From: an uncultured Actinomycetes bacterium
Lineage (GTDB): Bacteria > Actinomycetota > UBA4738 > HRBIN12
Direction: 5' to 3'
Length of the DNA: 64,000 nt
Assembly: GCA_963704725.1 (NCBI GenBank)
Contig: OY969934.1
Span: 576,001-640,000, forward strand
Within the stretch, counting starts at the first letter, position 1. Every line of letters begins with the position of its first letter. Positions 19,505 through 29,468 of the stretch are shown piece after piece. The notes beneath the pieces are model-generated. The model saw only the letters and a program-made list of their open reading frames with translations. It was not told the DNA's origin and searched no databases. The translations under genes were made by a program, and so were the position numbers.

Positions 19505-19722
19505 CGGAGTCCTCTCCCTTCGGCGAGGCTCCCTGAGGCCTCCATCGTCTCGGGGCGCTCCTCGTGCAGGCCGTCCCACGGCTCATCGCGGGGCTCTGTC
19601 GAGCCCAAGACTTCAACTACGCGAACGGACCGACCGAAACCAGGGCTGTTCGTCGCACGACGAAGGGGCCCCGGTGGTCGAGGGACCCTTGGCCCCCGAC
19701 GCGAGACGCGGCCTCGACTACG

Positions 19723-20136
19723 GTGTCGTCGAAGGGGGCAGAGATCGACCCGTCGCCATCTTCCACGAACCAGCCCCCAGTCGGGACTGGGCTGTTCGAG
19801 CGCGAAGCCGTCCTCGACGCCTTTGTGAGAAACCCTCGCTCGACCTGGACCGCCGTCGCTCTGTCCTCCTGGTACGGCGTCCGGCTCGACCTCGTTGACG
19901 CGATCCTCGGCGAGCTCGCGGAGGAGGGCATCATCTGCGGCACGGCGGGGGAGGATGGCCGCTACACCGTGAGCGGTGAAGAGCAGCCCACCACGGGCGG
20001 GTCCCGGGAAGATGCCGATCCGCCGGAGCGAGGCGAGATCGACCCTCGGCTCGTGGGGCCCGACTCCGGCTTCATCGACGAGACGCCGGGAACGCGCCGC
20101 GAGCTCGTGTCCCTCGTGAGCGGAAGGGGAACATGA
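19723..20136 (+). CDS. hypothetical protein, possible winged helix
   Basis: WTAVALSSWYGVRLDLVDAILGELAEEGII resembles a wHTH; start uncertain. Confidence 0.5.
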   Translation: MSSKGAEIDPSPSSTNQPPVGTGLFEREAVLDAFVRNPRSTWTAVALSSWYGVRLDLVDAILGELAEEGIICGTAGEDGRYTVSGEEQPTTGGSREDADPPERGEIDPRLVGPDSGFIDETPGTRRELVSLVSGRGT

Positions 20137-20241
20137 CCGGCGATCCTGCGGGGACGTTTCCGCAGGGCCCGGCCATCGTTGGGGTAAAACGCCGGTGAGG
20201 CGCCAGAGTGCGAGCGCCTCACCGATCGCCATGCCGCCGTG

Positions 20242-20454
20242 TCACGCGGGCACCTCTCGCTGGAGCAGCACCGGCACGGGCAGGTGCGGCTGCGCCGCCG
20301 GCGAGTAGGAGGGGTGCCAGGTCAGGTCGACGCTGGCGACCTCCCAGCCCTCCTTGCCGAGCTCGCTCAGCCGTTCCACCACTTCCTTGATGTGCGACGC
20401 GAACTCCTCGGAGAACGGCATCTCCTCGACCCGGTACTCGATCAGCTTCATCAC
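20242..20454 (-). CDS. DUF4177-like small protein
   Basis: IEYRVE...LSELGKEGWEVASV...LLQRE; GGAGG RBS. Confidence 0.7.
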   Translation of the reverse strand: MMKLIEYRVEEMPFSEEFASHIKEVVERLSELGKEGWEVASVDLTWHPSYSPAAQPHLPVPVLLQREVPA

Positions 20455-20521
20455 GACCTCCTTCCGTTCCGCGACGCGCGTCCGAGTCGCCTCCAGTCTG
20501 TCGAGCGGCGCTCCCCCGGTC

Positions 20522-20559
20522 AGTGACCCGCGTCTCAGACGGGCGTGACTTCAGTCACC
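20522..20559. promoter_or_regulatory. two CRP/FNR-type boxes
   Basis: aGTGA-cccgcg-TCTCa (20522-20537) and cGTGA-cttcag-TCACc (20544-20559) between divergent genes. Confidence 0.55.
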
Positions 20560-20667
20560 GAGGCCGGCCGGCCGACTGTTCCGCGAAGGGACGAACCCCT
20601 AGACTCGTTTTCGAGAGGTGCGAGGCCGCCCGGTCTTTGCGGAGGATGCCCCGGGCCGGACGGTGAC

Positions 20668-21393
20668 GTGCTCGAGGATCTCCCCCAGGAGGGATCGCGG
20701 GGCGGCTTCCTCTCGGCGCTTCCGAAGGAGGCCGCGAAGAGTCTGCTTGCCGGGGCGATCAGGATCAGCGTCCCGGCGGGCGCGCTCGTGTACCGCGAGG
20801 AGGAGTCCCCGCGGGTCATCGTGGTGATCGACGGGCTCCTCCGCGTGTTCCTCCGCTCTGCCGACGGACGGCAGGTGACGGTGCGCTATGCGCGTGGCGG
20901 CGACGTGGTCGGCCTCGCGCTCGTCCTGGGAGGTCCGGGACCGACGAGCGTGCAGGCCATGACGAGCGCCACCGTCGCCGCCCTGGCGATCGACACGCTG
21001 CGCTCGATGCTCACGTCGGATCCCCGTGTCACACGGACCTGCGCCGAGGAGCTGACACGGCAGTTGTACCTGGCGCTCGACGACCTGTCGGAGCAGGCCT
21101 TCCTCTCGGTCCGCCAGCGCCTCATCCGTCAGTTGCTGGACCTGGCCGCCCCCGGCGCGGGGTCGCACCCGGTCGTGCGCGCGACACAGCAGGAGCTGGC
21201 CGACGCCGTGGGCTCGGTCCGAGAGGTCGTGACACGGACCCTCCGCGGGCTACGGAAGGAGGGCCTGCTGGACACCTCCCGCGATCAGATCGTCCTGCTC
21301 GATCCGATCACGCTGAGCGAGGAGGCGAGGGCATCGAACGTCGCCGTGCACGAGCAGGCCGATCGCAGGACACGACCGAGCGACGACCTCTGA
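20668..21393 (+). CDS. Crp/Fnr family regulator
   Basis: cNMP-binding barrel and HTH TQQELADAVGSVREVVTRTL; start uncertain (20545 possible). Confidence 0.88.
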   Translation: MLEDLPQEGSRGGFLSALPKEAAKSLLAGAIRISVPAGALVYREEESPRVIVVIDGLLRVFLRSADGRQVTVRYARGGDVVGLALVLGGPGPTSVQAMTSATVAALAIDTLRSMLTSDPRVTRTCAEELTRQLYLALDDLSEQAFLSVRQRLIRQLLDLAAPGAGSHPVVRATQQELADAVGSVREVVTRTLRGLRKEGLLDTSRDQIVLLDPITLSEEARASNVAVHEQADRRTRPSDDL

Positions 21394-21685
21394 GAAGGGG
21401 TGTGGCGGCTTCCCGTGCCGCAGACCGGGCGCGTGGCCTCGGCGGTCCGGAAGTCGTGATCGCGCCACGCGACGAACCCGCTTGCGTCTGACGGCGGGAC
21501 CCCGAACGGCCGATGCGGGCATCCCCGCGCGGCATCCGCGTGGGCGCGCTCGAGAATGGGCCACCTTGGCGATGGTTCGCCGAGCCAACCCCGCGTAGTC
21601 TTCCGGATCACGCGGTCGAGGCCGCGGCCCTCCTCCTCGCAGCAGTCGGTGTCGGTCCTTCCCCCTGGACGCACATGGAGCGTGC

Positions 21686-22762
21686 ATGGAGGAGGTCGCG
21701 AGGGTGGTGCTGGCGCTCGAACAGCCGGACGTGGCCGAGGAGGTCCTGCACTTCCTCGACCGGAGCGGCGCCGCCCGGGTCGTCGGCACGGCGTCGGATC
21801 ACCGGCAGCTCGTCGAGGCGATCCGGCAGCTCGAGCCCGACGCCGTCGTGTCGGCGCCGACGCTCGCCCCGTCGCGGGGCGAGCTGAACGGGAGCGCCCT
21901 GCTCGCGATCGACACGACGCAGTCCGTGACGTCGCTCCGCCGCGCGATCCGCTCGGGTGCGGCCGGGTTCTACCTGTGGCCGGCCGAGCGTGAGGCGCTC
22001 GCCGAGGCGGCGGCCCGCGTGCGCCCGCCCGCCGAACCCGACTCGGAACGGCCCGCGCCGGTGCTCGCCGTGTACGGTCCGCGCGGCGGCGCCGGCGCGA
22101 CCTTCGTGGCCACGCACCTGGCGGCCGCGCTGGCACGACGGGACCGCCGGTGCGTGCTCGTCGATCTCGACGTCGTGTTCGCGGACGTGTCGGCTGCGAT
22201 CGGCGTGCCCGCCGACGACGCCCCGCGGACGATGGGCGATCTGCTCCCGCTCGGCGACGAGGTCTCTGCCCGCAACGTCGACGACGTGCTGTGGCGTCAC
22301 CCGGAGGGCTTCGGCGTGCTGCTCGCTCCCGGTGACGAGACGGCGGCCGTGAACGCCCGGGGGAGGCATTACCGGGCGGCGATCCGGGCGGCGAGGGGCC
22401 TTTGCGACGTCCTCGTGCTGCACGTCCCTCGCGGCCTCGATGACATCGCCCGGACCGGCCTCGAGCTCGCGGACCGGGTCGTGGTCGTGCTCGGCCTGGA
22501 CGTGCTCTCGTTCCGCGACGCGAGACGGGCGATCGCGGCGGCCGGCCTCGAGGATCGCTGTGTCTTCGTGGTCAACCGTGCCCGCCGGTCCGAGATCACC
22601 CCGGCCGACGTCGAACGGGTCTTCGGGGTGCCGCCGATCGCCGTGATCCCGGCCGATCGCGCGGCGGCGAGGGCCCAGGATCACGGGCGCCTGCTCGCGA
22701 AGCGGGGCCGAGCGGGCCGCTCGATGGACCGTCTGGCGCGGCGGATGCTGGAGGACGCGTGA
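21686..22762 (+). CDS. CpaE/TadZ (Ssd-like) receiver + MinD-type ATPase
   Basis: Receiver-like N-terminus, GPRGGAGAT deviant Walker A, LVDLD; first gene of tad cluster. Confidence 0.85.
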   Translation: MEEVARVVLALEQPDVAEEVLHFLDRSGAARVVGTASDHRQLVEAIRQLEPDAVVSAPTLAPSRGELNGSALLAIDTTQSVTSLRRAIRSGAAGFYLWPAEREALAEAAARVRPPAEPDSERPAPVLAVYGPRGGAGATFVATHLAAALARRDRRCVLVDLDVVFADVSAAIGVPADDAPRTMGDLLPLGDEVSARNVDDVLWRHPEGFGVLLAPGDETAAVNARGRHYRAAIRAARGLCDVLVLHVPRGLDDIARTGLELADRVVVVLGLDVLSFRDARRAIAAAGLEDRCVFVVNRARRSEITPADVERVFGVPPIAVIPADRAAARAQDHGRLLAKRGRAGRSMDRLARRMLEDA

Positions 22763-24045
22763 GCGCGGCCGACACGTTCCGGGACGTCCGGCAGGGCCTG
22801 CACGAGCGGCTGCTGCGGCGGGTCGACGGGGGCGAGCTCGACGGCGTCGGCCGGGCGGAGCGACGGTTGCGCGTGCGCGAGGAGGCGCTGGCCGTCCTGC
22901 GCGAGCAGGGGCACATCCTGCCGCAAGGGGCGCTCGCGAAGCTGGTGAACGAGGTCTCCGACGCGGTCGTCGGGATGGGTCCCATCGAGTTCCTGCTGCG
23001 GGACCCCGACGTCACCGAGGTCATGGTGAACGGTCCCGACGACGTCTACGTGGAGCGGAAGGGGCGGATCGAAAGGGTGGTCGATCGTCTGTTTGAGGGG
23101 GAGGAGGCGGTCTTCCACCTGATCGAACGCATCGTGGCACCCCTGGGCCTTCGGGTCGATGGTTCGTCACCTTGGGTGGACGCGCGACTGTCAGACGGTT
23201 CGCGGGTGCATGCGATCGTTCCGCCCCTTTCGCTCTGCGGTCCGGTGCTGACCGTGCGCAAGTTCTCGGCCGTCCCGCTCGGACCGCGGGACCTGGTTCG
23301 CATCGGGACGCTCGGACCGCGGATGCTCGCATTCCTCGCCGCGTGTGTGCGGGGTCGCGCGAACGTCATGGTCTCCGGCGGGACCAGCTCCGGCAAGACC
23401 ACGTTGCTAGGGGTGCTGTCCTCGTTCATCCCCGACGGCGAACGGATCGTCACGATCGAGGACGCGGCGGAGCTCCGCCTCGCCAAGCCGCACGTGATCG
23501 GGCTCGAGTCGCGCCCCCCGAACGTCGAGGGCGCCGGCGAGGTGACGGTGCGCGATCTCGTCCGCAACGCGCTCCGCATGCGGCCGGACCGCATCGTCGT
23601 GGGCGAGGTTCGGGGAGGCGAGGCCCTCGACATGCTGCAGGCGATGAACACGGGCCACGACGGCTCGCTTTCGACCGCACATGCCAACTCCGGCCGCCAT
23701 CTCCTGTGGCGGCTCGAGACGATGGCGATGATGTCGGACGTCGAGCTCCCCGCGGCGCACATCCGGGCGCAGGTGGCTTCCGCCGTCGATCTGGTCGTGC
23801 ACATGACGCGGCTCCGCGACGGCCGTCGAGTCGTCTTCCAGATCGTCTCCGTCGACGGCCTGGGGGACGACGGGGAGCCGTCGGTGACGGAGGTCTTCGG
23901 CTTCCGGCCGCGGCTCGGACGCCACGGCGCCTTCGTGGTCACGGGGGCGGCGCCGGGATTCGCCCGGGTGCTCGCGGATCGCGGTCAGGAGATGCCCGGG
24001 GCGTGGTTCGACGCCGGCGTCGACGACGAAGCCGGAGCGCCGTGA
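22759..24045 (+). CDS. cpaF: CpaF/TadA pilus assembly ATPase
   Basis: GGTSSGKT, TIEDAAEL, LRMRPDRIVVGEVRG, MNTGHDG. Confidence 0.93.
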   Translation: MSAADTFRDVRQGLHERLLRRVDGGELDGVGRAERRLRVREEALAVLREQGHILPQGALAKLVNEVSDAVVGMGPIEFLLRDPDVTEVMVNGPDDVYVERKGRIERVVDRLFEGEEAVFHLIERIVAPLGLRVDGSSPWVDARLSDGSRVHAIVPPLSLCGPVLTVRKFSAVPLGPRDLVRIGTLGPRMLAFLAACVRGRANVMVSGGTSSGKTTLLGVLSSFIPDGERIVTIEDAAELRLAKPHVIGLESRPPNVEGAGEVTVRDLVRNALRMRPDRIVVGEVRGGEALDMLQAMNTGHDGSLSTAHANSGRHLLWRLETMAMMSDVELPAAHIRAQVASAVDLVVHMTRLRDGRRVVFQIVSVDGLGDDGEPSVTEVFGFRPRLGRHGAFVVTGAAPGFARVLADRGQEMPGAWFDAGVDDEAGAP

Positions 24046-24872
24046 TCGCCCCGATCCTGGCGGGGATCTGCACCGCGGCGTCGACGTTGCTGCTCGGGCT
24101 GGCGCTTCCCGCCCGCCGAGGCGCGGTCGACCAGCCGCCCGGCCCACCGGATCGGGGCTCCGGTCCGCCGAGGGGGCGCCGGGGGATCTCCCGGAGGATG
24201 CGGATCGCGGGCGGGATCGTGGCCGGCGCGTTGCTCGGCACGGTCGCGGCCGGTCCGCCCGGTCTGGTCGGCGGAGCCTTCGCCGGTGGTGCGATCCCGA
24301 TCGCGCTCGACCGGCGCCGATCCGCCCACCGAGCGGCGCGAACCGAGGAGCAGCTCGTGGACGCGGTGACGGCGATCGCGTCCGCGGTCCGCTCCGGGCG
24401 ATCGCTCGCTCAGGCCCTGGCCGTCGCGGCGGCCGAGATCGAGGAGCCCCTCGGGGGCATGCTCGCCGAGGCGGCGGGTCGCGCCGCGCTCGGGGTTCCG
24501 CTCGATGACGTGCTCGACGCGCTGGCGCAGGGGATCGGAGGACCCGACGCCAGGCTTGTGGTGGGGATCCTTCACCTGCACCGGAGAACGGGCGGAGCGC
24601 TGGCCTCGTCGCTCGACGATCTCGTGAAGACGCTGCGTGCCCGGCGCGACGGCGCCCGCGAGCTCCGTTCCCTGACGGCGCAGGCGCGTCTGTCGGCGGC
24701 GATCCTCGGCCTCCTGCCCCTGGGGTTCTTCCTGTTCCTCTCGGTGGTGGCACGGCGCGACGTCGAGGCCGCGTACCACAGCCCCGCGGGAGCCTCGGCG
24801 ATCGGCATCGGGCTCGCGCTGCAGGGTGCGGCGTTCATCTGGATCCGGCGGCTCCTTCGGGTCGAGCCGTGA
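24042..24872 (+). CDS. tadB: TadB (T2SS F domain)
   Basis: GTG overlap; RSGRSLAQAL...LTAQARLSA. Confidence 0.85.
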   Translation: MIAPILAGICTAASTLLLGLALPARRGAVDQPPGPPDRGSGPPRGRRGISRRMRIAGGIVAGALLGTVAAGPPGLVGGAFAGGAIPIALDRRRSAHRAARTEEQLVDAVTAIASAVRSGRSLAQALAVAAAEIEEPLGGMLAEAAGRAALGVPLDDVLDALAQGIGGPDARLVVGILHLHRRTGGALASSLDDLVKTLRARRDGARELRSLTAQARLSAAILGLLPLGFFLFLSVVARRDVEAAYHSPAGASAIGIGLALQGAAFIWIRRLLRVEP

Positions 24873-25711
24873 TCGTCGCCGCCTCGACGCTCGCCGGCCT
24901 GGCCGCCTTCCTCGTGGCGTGGTCCGCGTCGGCCGCGGGCGGCGCGTCGGTGCTGGGTCGAGCGGGCCTCGACGTCACCTCGGGCCCCGCGGAACGGCAT
25001 CGACTGCACGAGGCGCTCGGCCGCGTCGGCGTCTCCGGGCTCGGCCGGAGGGTGCGCCGGGACCGGGTCGCCGCGCTCTGCCGCGCCGCCGACACGTCGT
25101 GGACGGTCGACCAGATCGTGGGCGCGAAGGTCGCGGGTCCTGCGTTGGCGGTTCTCGGGGCCCTCGCGTCCCCGGCACCGGCGCCGCTGCTCGCCGCTCC
25201 GCTGGCGCTGCTCGCGTGGCGGGTGCCGGAGGCCCTGCTGGCTCGAACGGTCGCCCGTCGCCTGGGGCGCGCCGCACGCGAGGTCCCGCTCTTCCTCGAC
25301 CTGCTGGCCGTGGCCACGTCGGCGGGCCTCGCCCCTCAGCTCGCGGTGCGGAGCGCGGCGGCCCCGCTCGAGGGGCCGCTCGCCGACGAGCTCAGATCGG
25401 CCATCCGGCGTACCGACCTCGGTCGCCGGTGGCGGGACGAGGTCGCGGCCGTCGGCGCGCGCCTGGCGTCACCCGACCTGCGCCGGGCGGCGGCGGTGCT
25501 CGGGCGGAGCGAGTCCCTCGGGTCCGCGCTCGCCGACGAGATCGCACGGCTCGCGGCGGACGTGCGCGAGGAGCGCCGTTCGCGAGCGGCCGAGCGCGCC
25601 CGCGTGGCGCCGGTCAAGATGCTGTTCCCGCTGGTCTTCCTGATCCTTCCCGCGTTCCTCCTCCTCACCGTGGTGCCGGTGCTGCTCAGCACCGTGCGAT
25701 CGATCGGCTGA
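24869..25711 (+). CDS. tadC: TadC (T2SS F domain)
   Basis: PLFLDLLAVA, APVKMLFPLVFLILPA. Confidence 0.88.
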   Translation: MIVAASTLAGLAAFLVAWSASAAGGASVLGRAGLDVTSGPAERHRLHEALGRVGVSGLGRRVRRDRVAALCRAADTSWTVDQIVGAKVAGPALAVLGALASPAPAPLLAAPLALLAWRVPEALLARTVARRLGRAAREVPLFLDLLAVATSAGLAPQLAVRSAAAPLEGPLADELRSAIRRTDLGRRWRDEVAAVGARLASPDLRRAAAVLGRSESLGSALADEIARLAADVREERRSRAAERARVAPVKMLFPLVFLILPAFLLLTVVPVLLSTVRSIG

Positions 25712-25726
25712 GAGAGGAGGTGTGCC

Positions 25727-25921
25727 GTGTTGCTTTCCTGGTACGTCCGCGCGCGGACGAAGCTGGCCGAGCAGGTGGGCCAGACGACCGCGGAGTACGC
25801 GCTCGTGATCCTGGCCGCCGCCGCGGTGGCGGTCGTCCTGATCGCGTGGGCCCGCTCGTCGGGCAAGCTGCCCGCGTTCTTCGACGACATCATCGATCAG
25901 GTCGCCGGCAGTGCGAACTAG
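25727..25921 (+). CDS. Flp-type pilin
   Basis: GQTTAEYA prepilin cleavage motif plus hydrophobic helix; GGAGGTG RBS. Confidence 0.85.
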   Translation: MLLSWYVRARTKLAEQVGQTTAEYALVILAAAAVAVVLIAWARSSGKLPAFFDDIIDQVAGSAN

Positions 25922-25937
25922 CGGCCATCCGTCCCCG

Positions 25938-26324
25938 ATGGGACGAGGTCGTGGCGAGCGCGGGTCGGCGGTCGTCGAGTTCGCGCTGCTCCTCCCGATC
26001 CTGCTGATCCTGCTGATGGCGCTCGTCCAGGTCGGCGTGCTGGCGAGGGACCGCTTGCTGCTCGCACAGGCCTCGCGCGCCGGGGCGCGCGAGGCCGCCA
26101 TCACCGACGTGCAGGGTGACATCGAGGACGCGGCCGCCGGCGCGGCGCCGGGTCTGGACCGTGGGCGTCTACAGGTCACGATCGCGCGAGCGGGAACGCG
26201 AGGGCAACCGGTGACCGTCTCGCTCGCCTACGACGTGCCGATCGCGGCCGTCCTCGCGGGTTGGCTGTTCCCGTCGAGCGTCTCGCTCGATGCGGCGGCG
26301 ACGGCGCGCCAGGAGTTCGGGTGA
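25938..26324 (+). CDS. TadE-like pseudopilin
   Basis: ERGSAVVEFALLLP, RAGAREAA. Confidence 0.85.
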   Translation: MGRGRGERGSAVVEFALLLPILLILLMALVQVGVLARDRLLLAQASRAGAREAAITDVQGDIEDAAAGAAPGLDRGRLQVTIARAGTRGQPVTVSLAYDVPIAAVLAGWLFPSSVSLDAAATARQEFG

Positions 26325-26701
26325 CGCCGCGACCGCCCCGTGACGAGCGCGGGTCCGTCTCCGTGCTCGCGGCCGCGATCGTGGCGGCGCTCGTCGTCAT
26401 GGCGCTCGGGACGGCCGACCTGGCGCGGGTCCTGATCGTCGCGGCGTCGGCGCAGACCGCGGCCGATGTCGCGGCGCTGGCCTCGGCGCAGGAGCTGGCT
26501 CTTCCCGGCGACCTCGAGCCCGCCGACGTCGCGCGCGAGTACGCGGAGCGCAACGGCGCCGAGATGCTCGCCTGCGAGTGCGACACGGGCACTTTCGAAG
26601 CCGTCGTCACGGTGCGGATCGCGGTGGGTTCCCTCCTGCTGTTCGCCGACGATCGCGCGGTCGAGGCGCGCGCCCGGGCGGTCGTGGACCTGCCCACGTG
26701 A
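26321..26701 (+). CDS. Rv3654c-like TadE/G pseudopilin
   Basis: DERGSVSV, AQTAADVAALA, ARARA C-terminus. Confidence 0.82.
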   Translation: MTPRPPRDERGSVSVLAAAIVAALVVMALGTADLARVLIVAASAQTAADVAALASAQELALPGDLEPADVAREYAERNGAEMLACECDTGTFEAVVTVRIAVGSLLLFADDRAVEARARAVVDLPT

Positions 26702-26765
26702 AGGCCCGGCGCCGCGCTCGGTGACCGCCGAACCGTGCCGGCGGCGGGGTGTACCATGCCTCTTC

Positions 26766-27161
26766 ATGGCGATACGGGCGATCACGCAGCGGCGGGGCAA
26801 GCGGGGGCTGCTGGCCACCGTCGACTACACGCTCGCCAAGCGCGCCCTGCTCGTGCAGGTGCGCACGGGGCTCCTCGCTCGATCGGACATCTGCGACGCC
26901 CACCCCGAGCTCCTGCGGGCGGCGCGGAACGTCGGCGAGCACTCTCGCCGCGACTGCCCGGTGTGCGCGGAGGCCAAGCTCCGGCTCCTCGCCTACGTGT
27001 ACGGCGACGGGCTGAAGGAGAACAACGGCCGGGTGTGGCCGCTCGACGTGGGGCTCTCCATGGCCGCGGACCGGCCGGGATCCTGGTGTTACGTGGTCGA
27101 GGTCTGCACCGAGTGCCAGTGGAACCACCTGTCCGAGGCGTTCGTCGCCCGGGCCGTCTGA
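26766..27161 (+). CDS. DUF5318-like protein
   Basis: VDYTLAKRALL, ICDAHPELLRAA, CPVC, YVVEVCTECQWNHL; upstream of PBP as in other actinobacteria. Confidence 0.85.
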   Translation: MAIRAITQRRGKRGLLATVDYTLAKRALLVQVRTGLLARSDICDAHPELLRAARNVGEHSRRDCPVCAEAKLRLLAYVYGDGLKENNGRVWPLDVGLSMAADRPGSWCYVVEVCTECQWNHLSEAFVARAV

Positions 27162-27179
27162 CCTCGCGTTCCGCCCCGC

Positions 27180-27258
27180 GTCACGATTCCGTCACGGGAA
27201 CTCCACAGGCGTTCACGCAGGTCAGGTGGCTGGGAATCGTCCGGTCCGTGGCTACAAT
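27180..27258 (+). promoter_or_regulatory. GTCAC-like direct repeats and TACAAT -10 upstream of PBP
   Basis: GTCAC 27180, GTCAC 27191, TCCAC 27202, TTCAC 27212; TACAAT 27253-27258. Confidence 0.5.
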
Positions 27259-27268
27259 CGGGGACACC

Positions 27269-29465
27269 TTGGCGGTCGACACCGCACCAAGCAGCACCGG
27301 CAAAGGTGCGAGACACGCCCCCCGCAAGAAGCGAGCGCAGAAGGGCTTCAAGGCCTGGCTGCGCCGCTGGTGGTGGGTCTTCGTCGTCGTGCCGGCCTCG
27401 GGGATGCTCCTCGTGCTGGGGATGCTCCTGTACGTGTACGCGCATCTCGAGCTGCCCGCGACGCCGCCGCCGCTGCAGACCACCCACATCTACGACAGCA
27501 ACGGCAACCAGATCGCCACGCTCCACGCCGGCGTGGACCGCACGATCATCCCGCTCTCGGACATGCCCAAGCCGTTTCAGCACGCGGTGATCGCCGTCGA
27601 GGACCACGACTTCTACCGGCACCCGGGGATCGATCCGCTGGGGATCGTGCGCGCGGCGTGGACGGATCTGCTCAACCGCGGGGCCGTCCAGGGGGCGTCG
27701 ACGATCACGCAGCAGCTCGTGAAGACCGTGTACGCCGGGCGGTACGTGACCGACCCGCAGACGGACGCCGAGGTGTACGTCACGCCGCCGCGGACGATCG
27801 GGCAGAAGGTCCGCGAGGCGCTGCTCGCGATCAAGGTCGAGCAGACCTACACGAAGGACGAGATCCTCGAGAAGTACCTCAACACCGTCTACTTCGGCCG
27901 GGGCGCCTACGGCGTGCAGGCCGCGGCCCAGACCTACTACCAGAAGGACGCCAAGGACCTCTCGATCCTGGAGAGCGCCATGCTGGCCGGGCTGATCCGG
28001 AGCCCCGGAACGTACGACCCCACGATCGAGGGAAACGACGCGGCGCTCGCGCGGCGGAACTTCGTGCTCGAGCGGATGGTGGCCGAGGGTTACCTGGCCG
28101 CCGGCCGCCTCGCGAACATGCAGGCCCAGCCGGTGCGCACGAACGCGATCGAGACGGTCGGTCTTCATTTCCCGGGCAAGCTCGGCTACTTCCTCGACTA
28201 CACGCGCCGCGCCCTCATCGATCAGTACGGCGAGGCGCCGGTGTTCGGCGGCGGGCTGGAGGTCACCACGACCCTCGATGAGGCGATGCAGCGGGAGGCC
28301 GTGGAGGCCGTCGAGAGCCGGCTCGACACGGAGGGCGATCCCGACGCCGCGCTGGTGGCGATCGACCCCCGGACGGGCGGCGTCCTGGCCATGTACGGAG
28401 GACGGAACTTCAACCAGGAGCACGTGAACCTGGCCACGGGCGCCGGCGGCACCGGTCGGCAGGCCGGCTCGGCGTTCAAGATGTTCACGCTCGTCGCCGC
28501 GCTCCAGCAGGGCTACGACCTCAACGCCCGGTGGAACGGCCCCGGCACGATCACGATCCCCGACACCGCCTGCTACACGAACGGGCAGCCCTGGGAGCTC
28601 TCCAACGCAAGCGACTCGGAGAGCGGCGTGTTCACGTTGCTCTCGGCGACGACGCACTCCGTGAACACGGTCTACGCGCAGGTCGTCTCGGCCGTGACCC
28701 CCCAGGCGGTCGTGAACGTGGCGCAGGACATGGGGATCCGGTCCCACCTCGACCCGGTGTGCTCGATCACGCTGGGGACGCAGGACGTCACGCCGCTCGA
28801 CATGACCGACGCCTACGCCACGCTCGCCGCTCGAGGCGTGCAGCACCGGGCCACGCCGCTGCAGAAGGTCGATGGACCCCAACGGCACGAAGGTACGAGA
28901 TCAACACGGACGGGAGACGCGTGCTCCAGGCGAACGACGCGGACCTCGCGACCTACGCGCTCCAGACCGTGATCACCAGCGGCACCGGCACGCTCGCGAA
29001 CATCGGGAGGCCGGCCGCCGGCAAGACCGGGACGAACCAGGAGTACCGCGACGCATGGTTCTGCGGCTTCACGCCGCAGCTCGCCGCGTGCGTGTGGGTG
29101 GGGCACGCGGAGGGACAGATCCCGATGTACAGCGTCGAGGGGTTCTCGCCGGTGTTCGGCGGCACGATCCCCGCGCTCATCTGGCACGACTTCATGACCG
29201 CGGCGCTCGCGAACAAGCGCGTGATCGAGTTCCAAGACCCGGTGTTCACGGGCTACACGCTCGGTCCGCCGAGCCCGGTGTCGCTCCCGTCTCCATCCCC
29301 GAGCCCGAGCGAGTCGCCCTCGCCCGAGCCCACGGAGTCGCCGAGCCCGACTCCGCCCACCGGTCCGACGGGCACCGGCCCGACCGGTCCCTCGGGGACC
29401 GGTCCGGGTCCGACCGGTCCGACGGCGGGCGCGGTCCGACCGGGGGACAGGGCCGGAGCCCCTGA
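27269..29465 (+). CDS. class A PBP (transglycosylase + transpeptidase), apparent frameshifts near 28880 and 29425
   Basis: EDHDFY, QGASTITQQ, YLNTVYFG, GSAFK, SVN in one frame; KTG motif (AGKTGT) in another; Pro/Ser/Thr tail. Confidence 0.85.
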
Positions 29466-29468
29466 GGC

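Noticed and set aside
25709-25727. tadC TGA in frame with the Flp pilin (possible Sec readthrough)
   Set aside because: Pilin has its own strong RBS; the position is not a Cys-equivalent and no SECIS-like hairpin is evident
29265-29445. Short tandem CCGAGC / GGTCCGACC-like repeats
   Set aside because: Encode the Pro-Ser and Gly-Pro-Thr low-complexity tail of the PBP; not CRISPR or a DNA element
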